Part shown: one piece after another, positions 51,716 to 64,000 of the stretch | How positions within the stretch are numbered: position 1 is the first letter of the stretch | Layout of the letters: the number at the start of each line of letters is the position of its first letter | Origin: Harriotta raleighana | Lineage: Eukaryota | Direction: 5' to 3' | DNA length: 64,000 nt | Assembly (NCBI GenBank): GCA_050575255.1 | Contig: JBNZDD010013730.1 | Coordinates: 5,820,015-5,884,014 of the forward strand | Notes under the pieces: model-generated | Databases searched by the model: none | What the model was told of the DNA's origin: nothing | The model's input: only the letters and a program-made list of their open reading frames with translations | Program-made: the position numbers and the translations under genes

Positions 51716-54700
51716 TTTTCTACCAAAGCAGAAAAGCATGCACCAGTCTGGCTCAATTGGTAGCTCTCTCTTTAGAAGATTGTGGGTTTAACCCTCACCT
51801 TTCCCAACCTCCAAATCGGGGCTTCAAACTCGCTGTCCCACAAAACAAATCCAAACAGTTCAGAAAGTTGCAGCTTTTCAAATATTTGCCTGGGCTGAGT
51901 TAACCCATGACAGTCATGGCCACAATTGGATTGCTTGTGATCTTAGAGAGGGAGGCGGGGGGGGAGGGGGGAGGGTGGAAAACGCAGCGCTGGTTCCCAC
52001 TAGAAATCACTCTCCAGTTACTCACACCGCTCGTCTTACTTTATGTTCAGCAATCGCTTAAAAGTCNTCACTCTCCAGTTACTCACACCGCTCGTCTTAC
52101 TTTATGTTCAGCAATCGTCATCAACGATAAAAGTTATCAACAAATGTGGTGGAATTAAAGGCAGCCCCTACCATAACATGCACTGACAAAATAAATTTCA
52201 AATGGGTGTAGATATTGTGACAAAGATGACCGACTTAATATTAGGTGCCAAGAGAATGAATATTTTAATGCCGGAAAGAATTTAGATCTTTCTCGTAGAT
52301 TTATGCCAATTCTCTACATTCGGGCACCCGGCGGTTGGTGAGAGTTGAACAGTGCACAGGTTGTGTTAATTAGCTGTTGCTTCCTGTGTGTACAGTGTTT
52401 AGGTGAGGCAGACTGAAGCTGGGATGCTTCATTGCTGGCTGTTCAGCTGTCTGCATGAGAAGTGGAAATCCTTGCGATGTATGTGAAAGGCAAACTGAGA
52501 GGGTGGAGGCTGAGAAAGAAAGGAACACAGATAGCGAGAGAAAATAAAGGCTGACCAAAAAAAATAAAGTGAGAAAGGGGAGAAAAAAGAAGGAGGCCCA
52601 AGAAAGATGTGGTGAAACAGTTAGAAAGAGCCAGAAAGAAAAACTAGGCATTTTGGCTAATTGACTGTCTTGCTCATCTTGTTAAATTGTACCATTCGCA
52701 GTTGGTTAAAGACACAAAGAGATGATTGTACTCCTAGTTTGTTATTCCTTGTTACAGGATTTATTTAATTGATGTGTAACACCAACAACATCCCGAGGAG
52801 TGAAGGATCACTCGCACCCCAATAGCGTTTATTAAAGAAAACTTTTTTGACGCATATTTTATTTATTGTTTTTAACGTTCAACTGAAAACTGCAAAATGC
52901 ACGATTTCTTTTCCTGCTTAATAATCAGTTCAGAATGAAACAGGTCAGTATGTAAATCCTGTTAGTAGGCTGGCAATGGATACGCTTTCCATTGTGATTT
53001 ACAAAGGTTATTTTATTTCTGTCTTTTATGATGTTTAGTTTCATGGCAGCAACTAACTGCCTGTAATAAAACTAGCTGTCTGTGGAACTTATTTATTTTG
53101 GAAAATAAAGTACAATCTGCAGATAATGAGTTTTTAATTATACAGTATGCTGGCGTTTTGAAAGCAATTGAACGTTTTTTTAAAAAGCAGTTAATGGAAA
53201 CATAACAATTTACCATGGTGGCTGACACGAGACTTAATGATTCCAAATTATCACTGAACTCACGGTCTTATTTATTTGGGAGAATATCATTTTTTTTAAA
53301 AAGATAAGAGATGAGAGAATAAAAATTATGAATTTAAGGTTTTGTGATTCAGTTCACATGCAGGCAAGTTGCTGGGTTGAACTTTTGTAGAAAGTAATCT
53401 AAGTTTAAAATTAGCCTTTTGAAATACTAATCTTTTGTTTCCACAACTTCTTCCTATGTGTACAGTCGAGTTTCTGTGGTCTATAATCTGTTCTATATAA
53501 CAAGCAGGTCATCGTAATGCCCCGTGAAACAAATTGAGTAAGATATGTAGCTTAGAGAAACATAATGCTTTGGTATAGTTGCTGATACCTTGTCAAAACA
53601 GTACCAGCCAGAGGTCTAGCAAGTCAAACGGCTGGCAGCTGTCCAGTGCCTTAATCAGGTAACCTTTCTTCATGAGTGAGCCCAGACAATGATGCCAACA
53701 GGCTAAATTGACTTCAGAGATTATCGTAGTCGAGTTCAATCTCCTTCTTCCCCAATGGCAGCCGGACATGGAGCAGAAATCACTGGACAGCAATCGGGAA
53801 CACAAATCGTGGTAGATTTCCCCCTTTAACGGTAAGCTCCAAGCCATTTGGAGAACTCAAATCTTCACCTCAATAAGATAACCGAGAAAGCCAATTTGAT
53901 CATTGAGCTTCTGCTCTGTATAGCTCAATGATATACAGTACATGGTGTTGCCTCAATTGCTAGGCCATTGGGGAAACTATAGTATTCTGTTTTCTGATGG
54001 CTGGAAGGGGTTAGTTCTCAGTGCACTGAATGAAGACTGTCTCAATCCAATTCCCAAATGCATGAGTCAAGAGTATAAAACTACTTTCAATTCAACACAA
54101 ATTACATTCTCAGCTCCAAAAAGCCAAAAGGATGTCTGGTGTGGCGAATGGAAATGTTGCACTTGTCAGTTAAAGGTGATATTCTTAGTTTGGGGTAAAG
54201 GAACATTGCCCGGAGAACCTAGTCACATTCATTCTGTATCCATTCCATCGAAAGTCGGGTGCTGGAGCATTTAATCATTATGCTCAGTGCAAAAAGTAGG
54301 AAAATGTTCTATTCTTCAGAGCGACATCACCTCAACATGAGGAGCACTAAATTGCTCCCAATCTGCCCCACACACACACTTTCCAAGAAACAAATTTAGT
54401 AAAACTAAGCCTTTTTATTTGTCTGGGAATCATTTTAATTTTGCACCTCTTAGTGATGGAAGTGCTTGAATGCCCACATGAATGGTTTGAGTTCAGTCTC
54501 ATTACCATTGTTGTAAGCTGTTCTATGCTGTTCCTGCCATCGTCGGAGTGAGTTTGGTACTTGGCAAGCNACATGAATGGTTTGAGTTCAGTCTCATTAC
54601 CATTGTTGTAAGCTGTTCTAAGCTGTTCCTGCCATCGTTGGAGTGAGTTTGGTACTTNACAATGTTGTAGAGAAAATTGGGTGGAAAATGCACCATAAAA

Positions 54701-57332
54701 ATGCACTGATTCTGAAAGGCTAATAAACATAAGACAATATTCAAGCACACTCACATCTCTGTTATTCAACCCAAGCCTGCTATCACTCACAAACACCATT
54801 GTTTTCTGCCACCAGTCCCAGGAAGAAACAAACTACAGTATCGTTCACCATGTAATATTTAGTCACTGCAACAATCTCCAGTCAGATTTCCAACCAGATA
54901 TTTAGCCAGCTCTTTTTGAAGGAATTAATCAACTCAGCTTCCAAAGCTTTTTCTTGGGAATATTAACACTTTTCAACTTTGAACACTTGTGTGACAACTG
55001 TCAGGAGAGCCTCACAGAATGATTTATTTTTTACTGTCATCTCCAAAGATAGTGGAGAGAGAAGATATTGGCTGCATTCATTTTTCTTCCTGCTTGTAAT
55101 TCCCTTACTTGATCATTTTCCTGACATGCCTACCTGATGTATCTACAATTAATAATATGAGACCTGCCCAGCAACACAAAACATTTCTTAGTTCACAGGT
55201 CTAGAGTCTGGAAGTGGTTTCATATTGTGAAGCTTATAACTCATCTGTAGCTGCGCAACAATCTATCACCGATGCATTGATTTTCATTTTTGGGCTCTCA
55301 AAACGTACTTTAGATAAATAAAGCAACTGTTCAGCCAGTTCAAGCTGTCCTTTTCTCAATGAACTGTGTTTTGACTGTCTTCTTGATAACTTGTCCAAAC
55401 ACCAGACTTCTAAACCAAATTGACACAGGCAAGAATCTTCCTGGACAGCAGAATCTGTCAGTATATTATCGAGCAAAATATTAACGTCCTCCCTCATTTT
55501 TGAAGTTGGTTACCATGTTATTACTTGCAATCATTTTTATTGTAACTGATAACTTGAAATTTGATCACAGTGCTAATCTAAGAAGAGTAGATCGCTTCTT
55601 CCAAATGTCTGAAGCTGCCCTTGAGCCATACTTTATATTTACTGCTTACACCTGCTATGCTGGGGCAAACAAAGAAGGCATTTTTCAATTTTAAATAAAA
55701 GCAGTTAATCAATCTTTTGTTCAGGCCTGGCCTGAGAAACGAACAGGTGATTTGTAGTCAATGTTACACCAAAGTATTTAGCTATGACATTTCGAGGTGC
55801 AAAATGAATGAGAGCATTAAATGAAAGGCCTTCACCCACACAGCTCCACTCTGCAAAGTAAAGAATTAATTAATTTGATACGATCAGTACTCTATATAGC
55901 ACCAGGTTTCATGACAGCTTACTATTTTGCTGCTGCTACACTGCCTGCAGAAAAAGCTTCCGATTCAGTCATACTGTCCATTGGATGCCAGGTAGAGATG
56001 GAAGGCAAATTTGGGAATGAACTAGCTGGTAACTGAGTACAAAGCAGCATAGACTGATAGCCTGAAAGCCACATGGGCTATGTCTTGGCTGAGGAATGGG
56101 GTGGGTGACTCGAGGGAGGGAAAGCAAAATGACGAACACACAAAACAAATTGTGTCACCTCTGGTTGATAGAGTGGGTTAACACACCACTGTTTCACGTC
56201 TTGGATGCAGGTTATTTCTAGCCGAAACACAATGGGATGAAGACCCTTCAATAACAAGCTGTGCATCATCACACACAATCCACCACCACGAACAGTAGTT
56301 GTTTGCATGTTGTCCCCCTCACATCCATTCAAACTGTTGAGAAGGCTGAAATCAAACAATACCTCGCTTCTTGCTTAGTTAAACTTTTTCTGTTTCTTCT
56401 GAGCGCAAATCCACACCCACACCATTAAATTCCTCAAATTGTATTTTTTAAAATATATTGAAAAAGTGCAAAAAGATACCAAAAAAAACTCATGGCCAAT
56501 GCATCTTTAGTGCTGTCACAAACCAAACAGAGTCAAGCCCATGGTGTATAGGAACCTCATTATCTCGCCTGAAAGGAAAGGAAGAAAGAATTTAATGAAA
56601 GAATTCTTCCTCTTTGTGTCATTCAATACTGGCATCCTGTCTTAACAACTGAGCGAATCAGCTCTTGAAACACGAACATTTTTAAATATTAAATGGCCTT
56701 AAAATCAGCAAGCAACTGTCCTCATTTGTCTTGTCAGTTTCAGTCAGGATGGTACATTTTGCTTGCAGTCAGGTATTCAAATCCAGTTGGATTCATGGCT
56801 TACGATAATGCTTAATGTATCCCCTGGGATCCAAGCCAGGATGTGTCAAAGCTAAAATAAAAATTATTGGTCATTGTTAAGTAGATGAACTGTAGTGAGG
56901 TGCAGGAGGTAGGGTATTCATCCCTCGAATAACCTTCCCCAGCATGGCAGAAACAATGTGCAGTGGATGGGTGAAGTTAATTAACAACGTGGCAAGCCAG
57001 ACAGTTAGCACAACAAATGCTGCAACGAGTGCTTTAAGGGTGAGGGTTTGAGGGTTAGTGGTAAATTACATTCAGTCAAAACTTTGACCCTTTGATACAA
57101 GGAACTACAACAAAAAGAGGCACAGAAAAAGAATGTCTTTACAAAGTATCTGCCAGCTTCCCTAATTGCTTCTCACATCAGATATTCACAAGCAGAACTG
57201 AACACTAATTACTGGAGTATTTAAAGCTGTTCTGCTGCACAATGGTCATTTTTCAATAATGACGCATTTTCTGTGACTCACCCTTTAGAAAAATTGCTGG
57301 GATAATTGCTACTGTTTTGCTGAGATTTAAAT

Positions 57333-57393
57333 GACAGGGTGAACTAGATGGAGTGAATGGCGTTTTCCGACTTCTGTGTTCTTTATGTTCTTT
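57333..57393 (+). mobile_element. CR1 3' terminal stub
   Basis: GAACTAGATGGAGTGAATGGCGTTTTCC...TGTTCTTTATGTTCTT. Confidence 0.65.
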
Positions 57394-57945
57394 CAGCAAT
57401 AAAGTGGGTGGGAATGGCATGCCACAATGCCCTAATGTCAGCTCAGACAAGTTACTGTTTTACAATAGGGGTAAAGCTGAGGCTGCCTTACTCATTAGAG
57501 TCCAATTCATTAACCAAAGGTGAGTTAACAATAGTTGAGGTTTGGTCACTGAGTTCTTGTCCTTTGTGAAAATTGTTATTATTTCAGAAGACGTGAGGCC
57601 ATTTGAAATCAGCGGTTGGATTCTGTAATGGTTGTCACAAGGAACAGAGATCCAGCACACTGCTTCAAACACTCTTAGGTGCTTCCATGGTAACAGAAAA
57701 AAATCTCAGATGTATAACCAATGAAGTATGCCACTCAGGAACACTTCCTCTCTGCATTTCCACTGCTCTCCATACATCCAAATTTCCACCATGACCTAAC
57801 TGATCCTTCAGGATAGACTGCTTTTGTGACTGCAACATCAACTTTGACCACATATTAAATCTTCCCCATATGATCGTGACACTAAAAGAGAGTCAAAACT
57901 GCTTGACTCTGAAGGAAAATATCCCAAAGTTGATGCTTTAGCTTC

Positions 57946-58060
57946 AATAACAATAATAATCCTTGTATTTGGTATAGCATCTTATTACATCTTAGAGACA
58001 TCCCAAAGCATTTCACAGAATATACTGTAAAGTGAATTGACTGTATATTTTGTGGGCCAA
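57946..58060 (-). mobile_element. SINE 3' fragment
   Basis: AATAATAATCCTTGTATTTGGTATAGC...CACAGAATATACTGTAAAGTGAATTGACTGTATATTT. Confidence 0.9.
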
Positions 58061-59933
58061 TTACCAGTGCACCAGAGGAAACGATGAAGATATTTCCGAT
58101 GCGGGAAAAGCTTAAGAGAAAATGTGACTTACGTCTTGCAGCTATTTGTAAAGTACGTGTTTTTCATAAATTAGTTTTGACCATTTTTTAGCTCTTGCCT
58201 TACTTTTACATTGGGGATTGTAACCATTTTCAATGGAGTTTGAGATGCATGTTCTTCCCTAATATTTAAAGAATTGATGCTGAATCATTTATGACAATTT
58301 CAAGCTGTCATATAGGGATGTCACAAGCTCGAGATATTTCTTTTCAAATAGCACTTACCTGTCCCATAGGAATACCCTCATGAAAGCTCCTTGAGCTTCT
58401 CTGAACCATTTGCAGTGTCTGGGTGAACCTTAGATGGTATATCCTCCCCTTCAGACCATCATTTTTCAGTGTTGTAATCGCTGAACTCTTATTACATGGC
58501 ACCATGCTTTGGCATGAGTAAGTACTCACATGCAATGAACCTAAGCATGAACAATGTTATACCGCAGATCACACTCAAGCACATGGTAGGGAAAATTGCT
58601 ACTTGGGAAGTCACACAGAATAAACTTGCCTACGAGCCTCACCAAATCAACCTCATGACAAGAAGCATCTTCACTCCTACTTTTAGGTATCCAGATATAC
58701 CATTGCTTGGCATATGTGGATAATGGCTCTGAAATGTGTTGGTTAATGCTGTTAAATCGTATCACATTGGCTGTAAGGCACGTTGGAGCTTCACATGAAG
58801 TCGTAATTGTAGGGTTTTGGGTAGTTGGCCTGTATCACAGTAATTGTATCCTTTGAGAGACGCAAGAGCAGCGATCCTTCAACTGCTGCAAAAAGTAATA
58901 CTCTTCTGTGGTTGGGGCTGAGGAGCATTGTTGCATCAGAATAAAGTGAGCTAAAACCTGCATCTAACTATTCTGTATATCACTGGGGAGTGGTTGATAC
59001 TGACACTTGATGTCTAAAATGTACTCACTCTGGGGCTCAAATTTCACCAAAATGCTATTTCCCAAACCTTAAAAGACAAATAAAACATTGTGAATATTCA
59101 ACAATCCCAGATCTCAGCGTTCTGACCTCATCCCACAGACAATATTCCCTTCCCTCCTAAAGCAGCACAGAAATCAATAAGTCCTACAAAGTATATGTGC
59201 ATTTCAGTGTGTGACTAACCCCCTATTCTCAAACACTGTTCTCAAGCAGATATGTATCCATATTTTTTTTGAAAAGCAAGTGTATATAGTCATTCATGTG
59301 AGGCAGACAGGTAGACATGTGGGACAGACTCTGAATATCATACAGGTGTTACAACAGTGGCTGCACTATTTGGAGTGAGCCCAGGGGAAAATGCAAGAGA
59401 AATATGGAAGTTCTCAAAGGCAAAATGGAGAGGCATTCATGCCAATTCCTCAGAAGCCCCTTCAATATTTTTTCTCTCTGTTAAGAAAAGAAAACAAAAA
59501 TGCTTTTTTTGCTATCCAAGTGTAAAAAAAAATGAGAATGTGGGGCCTTGGGCCAACCATTTATTCATCAAACCCGTCTCACGTCAGCCAAGCTTACACG
59601 TGAAACTCCAATAAAAATAATACATTCACTTCACACACAAACAGAAAAAATCTAGACTGATGCCAAAATAATTGGAACCTATTCTCGTGCTGACTCTCTC
59701 TCTCGTCTGAAAGATAATGGAAGATTTAGCTGTTATCTCACAGCTCAGAAATGGGTGAGAGCACTGCATAGGGTAGGACTAAGCAACACATTACAGCTTC
59801 TGCTGTATTAATTTTTCTTAGACATGGGTGCCATAATGGACCATGATATCTTTGGTCGAGGGTGAGAAACACTAACAAAACTCTTTGCTCCTACGATCCT
59901 TGTGAGGACATGATTGGATTGGATTGATTGGAT

Positions 59934-60038
59934 CCTCAAAAGTATTCACTTGGTCACATAAGTTTACATGGATCCACATCTTATCCAAAATAGATAAAAG
60001 TCTCTGTTGAATGCAGCACCAATGTTGGTTAACAGAAA
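59934..60038 (+). repeat. 105-bp dispersed direct repeat, copy 1
   Basis: 94/105 identical to 61782-61886 with no indels. Confidence 0.95.
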
Positions 60039-61781
60039 TGATTGGATTGATGGTTGGATTGCCAAATGACAGTCAATGATACCACTTGAGCAAAAGACTG
60101 ATCTAATACCTCATTTTATGTCAAGGGGTTATGAGTACCTCCCATATATAATGGCATAACCCAAACTTAAAATGCTCCAAACTCGCTGATCTTTGGGTTC
60201 TTAGGAAGTGATTTGAAAGTGACATCTCTGGATCTTTTGATTTTCACTTTAATATTGATCTCATCCATTCTGATTGTGTAACAGAGCAATGTGATCTATT
60301 GAATCAGAATCCAGATTCAAGGGTCAACTCGAAGATATACAATATTATGTTATTATGTTATAAACATTTACTGAACTATCTGATTCCTTAGTTTGCTGCC
60401 TTCAATAAAAACATATCACAGTAGATGTTCAATAAGTATGTCAGAACAGGTAACCAAAGTAAAAGACAGATTTGGAGCCCGAATATATCGTGAAGGTAAC
60501 ATTATCAGGAAACAGACTGCTCTTTGCACAACCCAGTAAGCATTTTATCTTTCATGATACATTATGACATTTGCACTTCTGTTTCTATTAACCTTCAAAT
60601 GTTGAATAATGTCTCCATGTTCCTGTTTAGATAATATTCTTTGGGGAGGTAGCAATGCTAAAATACAATTTATGTTACTTATAAGCATCAGAGCTTAGAA
60701 ATAAACTGTTGATTTTAATCTGTGAGATAGTGAAATTTGGCATCATATAACACCACACCATGGGGACAAATAAGCAAAACAAATTTCCATCTTACAGCAC
60801 TATTCTGCGGAATCTACTGATATTTCCTTGCTGAAATCAAATGAAATCACGCAGGTTCATTCTGAGATAAAGAGCTCATTTACAACTTGAGTGCAAAGAT
60901 ATAATGTGGGAAACATTGGAATTAAAAAATGAAACCACAGTCTGGGGTACATTTCTTCAAACATGAAATAAAGTGTTATATCCAAACTACTTTGACAGCA
61001 TTTACACCTGGGATGAAACTTTCATGGAAATCACACCGAGGATGAAACGTTTACCTGAACCCCCCCCACCAAATAGATTGGGCTGATCTCATGTAGACTA
61101 ACGACATTCCGTGCATTGGAAATAACAAAACACAAACTTGATGCTTGATACATTTTCTTATGCTTCATCATTACATGCTGCCGTTGATGTGCTTGGAAGC
61201 TACATCTTCCTGAAGGGGACTTACATATTGGTGCAAGCAGAAAATAGTTATTGGTGTTTCCCACTGGCTGGATCGGGCCAATTATTTTAATAAAATTGAT
61301 TTTCACTGGGAATCAGGTTTGAAATTATGCTTCCCACTGGCAATGAAGTGAAAAGGGATATCCTGCCAACCCATGAGAACGTTTGAGATAGATGTGCTTT
61401 TGTTTTCAACAACAAAGGTGTCGACTGTAGAGATGAAAAATGGCATCTTGCCCTAATGAAGCTGAGACTTTAGTCATTTATTAAAGTAAAAAATAATTAA
61501 ATGCTGAGACCATTTAACATACCAATTAAATACCAAATGCATATTGATCCATAAAAGTCAAACATGTTCGGATTAGAGGCAGGGGAGAGAGAAAGGTGGA
61601 GAATAATATCATTAGAAGGAAAAATAGAGATTGTCTTTGGGAGTTTTGAATTATTTCACTCTGGGTATAAGTGATTTTGTAATGCTTTACTGTTTGCGAA
61701 GACCCGTTGAATTTCTCTTTTAAAGTGAAATGTTCTGTTTTGGCATGAAACCTTTTAAGTAACACCGTGCAGTGGTCAGAC

Positions 61782-61886
61782 CCTCAAAAGTATTCACTTA
61801 GTCATATAAATTTACATGAATCCACATCCCATCCAAAATAGGTAAAAGTCTCCATTGAATGCAGCACCAATGTTGATTGACAGAAA
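61782..61886 (+). repeat. 105-bp dispersed direct repeat, copy 2
   Basis: 94/105 identical to 59934-60038. Confidence 0.95.
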
Positions 61887-63349
61887 AGCTTTGCTTTAGA
61901 GAAACTGAACAAAATTAGCCCAAGGCTGATCTGAATGACTGATTACTAATCAAAATTACGCTTCCATTATAACGTTTCTCAAATGAAAATGAAAAATTTG
62001 AAACTGACGAGAAAAACTAGGAGAATGAAGACTTCTCTTATGGCAAGGATGTTGATGTGATGACAATTTGAATGTGTTGTTTGTGTTCTGTGTATTTTTG
62101 TGTGAGTTGAGTTTGGAGGAGAAGATAAATCAGAACTCTTGGCTAGGCTATCACTCATAAAATTACGTATTAACTACTTGAAAACCCACATATCCAGAAT
62201 AGATTCGTCGATAGCTTTGTAAAGAATGGGGAAAGATTGATTTTCTGATCAAAACATTAACAGGCTTTTATTTTATACTCAAGAGAGTCAAGAATCAAGA
62301 TTTCTGGTAGTATGCCTTTCGATTTGTACTGGAGTTGCACTTGCACTTGGAATTCAGTCAATAAACCTACATGTATTAATGTGTATGAATGTGTTGTTTG
62401 TGTGTGAGTGTGTTGGGTGTGGGGGTGAGAAGGGTGGAACAATCATGCTGTCAAAAACTTCAAGGAACAGCTTTATGACATAGAGTGTTGAGGCTGCAAT
62501 TGCCCACATACTGAGTCCTCATTCTTACCGTGTCACTGTGGGTGCGTCCTCCAGGAGATGGCAGGGACTACCTCACAGACACTGAAAGAAAACAACTTAC
62601 ATTTGTACATAGCCCTTTTTATGCAAAGACATTTCAAAGTGATGGAGGGCAAGCCGCCATGAATCACTCATCTGAATCTCAGAGTGATTCCATTCAGGTT
62701 AGGTTTCCCTCTGGTTATCAATTGAAGGATGTAGCTTTTAACTTGGATGCCTGGAAATTTCGAACATATAATAATAATTACAGTGTCTTTATATTTGGCA
62801 GAGTGCCTTTCATGAATGGATATCTCAAAGTGCTTAAATGGATACATTTTAAATGGTATTGATTGTGTGTTTCAATAGAAGCCAAACAACCAAGTCTGTT
62901 TTGTTTTTAGGCAGAAGTTGATTTACCTAATTTGCTTCCATAGAAGCCTTACAGTAATAAGGTTAAGATAATTACCTTGCAGTAATAAGGAAAAGTAAAT
63001 CTCAGGATGAAATCCAGGATCTCACTCCTACTTACATTTGTCTGTGCTCACTGTGAAGTTTTGAACCATGTAAACGGTGGAAAGACTAATTTATTTCACA
63101 GCAGTTTAGACAGAGGTTGAGTGTCAACTTGAACCTCCATAGTGGGAGATTGGCGCATTGACATTACAGTATAAGGAAGGGAAAATGTTTCTTATTTTAA
63201 AAGCTACAAAAATATAATAGCTGAGTTGTGATACTGTTCAGATGGCCCAGTCCCTTTTATACAATGGATTGTTTAGAAATAATTCCAGCAAGATTTCTAA
63301 TACTTGAGTGTGTGAGATGCAGATGCAAGATATCAATACATAACTGCTC

Positions 63350-64000
63350 CTTAGATAGCCTCCATGAGCTCCTCCAATCCGGCTTCCGCACTGCATACAG
63401 CACGGAAACTGCTCCTTTCAAGGTCACAAATGATATCCTGACCATTTGTGACCAGGGCTCCCTCTGCATCCTCATCCTCCTCGACCTATCCTCCACCTTC
63501 AATAACATGGACCATTTGATCCTCCTCCACTGCCTCTTATCCCACCTAAACCTTCAAGGTTTTGTCCTTGACTGGTTTAGGTCTTATCTTTCACACTGTC
63601 TCCACTTTGTGTCTACAAAGGATCGAATTCAAGATCCTCGTCCTCACTTTCAATGCCATCCAATCTTGCCCCTTCCTATCTCTCCGGGCTGCTGACGCCC
63701 TATCAACCTGTCGGGCCCCTCCGTTCGGCATCCTCCCATCTCCTCCATGTCTCCCGCAATCAGTGGGTCCGGGCTTTCAGCCTCTCTGCCCCTACACTTT
63801 GGAACTCCATCCCACAGTTCCTTTACCTTGCTTCCTCCCTTGCCTCCTTTAAGGTCAGTCTCAAGACCCTCCTGTTTGATCGTGCCTTCTGTTGCCCTCC
63901 CATCACTGCCCCTCCCCCATGCTCGGATCCCGACCCCCGAATGTTCAGCACCTTGGGAAGTCCTCTCGACATGAAAGGCGCTTGATAAATGTTATTGTTG
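63350..64000 (+). mobile_element. L2 LINE, 5'-truncated and internally deleted (reverse-transcriptase pseudogene fragment plus 3' end)
   Basis: QSGFRTAYSTETA..KVTNDIL..LILLDLSSTFNNMDH..WFRSYLS (RT N-terminal motifs), then RIEFKILVLTF / LAPSYLSGLL..AFSLSAPTLWNSIP..FKVSLKTLLF and tail GAAAGGCGCT..AAATG(TTG)n. Confidence 0.95.

Noticed and set aside
53718-53831. GC-richer exon-like stretch ending in CG/GTAAGC
   Set aside because: Stops in the frames I tested, a weak acceptor and no homology recognised
54347-54799. 150-aa ORF with an internal repeat
   Set aside because: The repeat is the N-flanked haplotype duplication and the ORF crosses two Ns
1-64000. CRISPR array, prokaryotic operon or defence system
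   Set aside because: No regularly spaced repeat-spacer array and no gene-dense region; the sequence is vertebrate-type non-coding DNA

Overview
AT-rich eukaryotic genomic DNA with no recognisable intact protein-coding gene, rRNA, functional tRNA gene or CRISPR array. It reads as a large intron or gene desert. The repeats include tRNA-headed SINEs with (ATT)n tails, a Deu-domain SINE, L2 and CR1 LINE fragments, Penelope-like palindromes and a Tc1/mariner-class MITE. That content points to a cartilaginous fish, possibly a chimaera such as Callorhinchus; this is inferred from repeat motifs recalled from memory, not from a database search. The only ORFs with recognisable homology are decayed L2/CR1 ORF2 pieces. 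Most interesting observations: (1) an apparent excess of TACAGTA/TACTGTA motifs matching Tc1/mariner excision footprints, with internal alignments showing CAG/CTG insertions at TA sites, plus an intact TA-flanked MITE; (2) two palindromic elements carrying decayed minimal hammerhead-ribozyme cores; (3) a 105-bp copy inserted into a GATTG tract from 1.85 kb away; (4) inverted-repeat and modular structure in the SINEs; (5) several repeat-free, homeobox-site-rich blocks that may be conserved enhancers. Several single-N-separated duplications look like unmerged haplotypes. Repeat boundaries were read by eye and are approximate. I found no convincing wholly new biological system.
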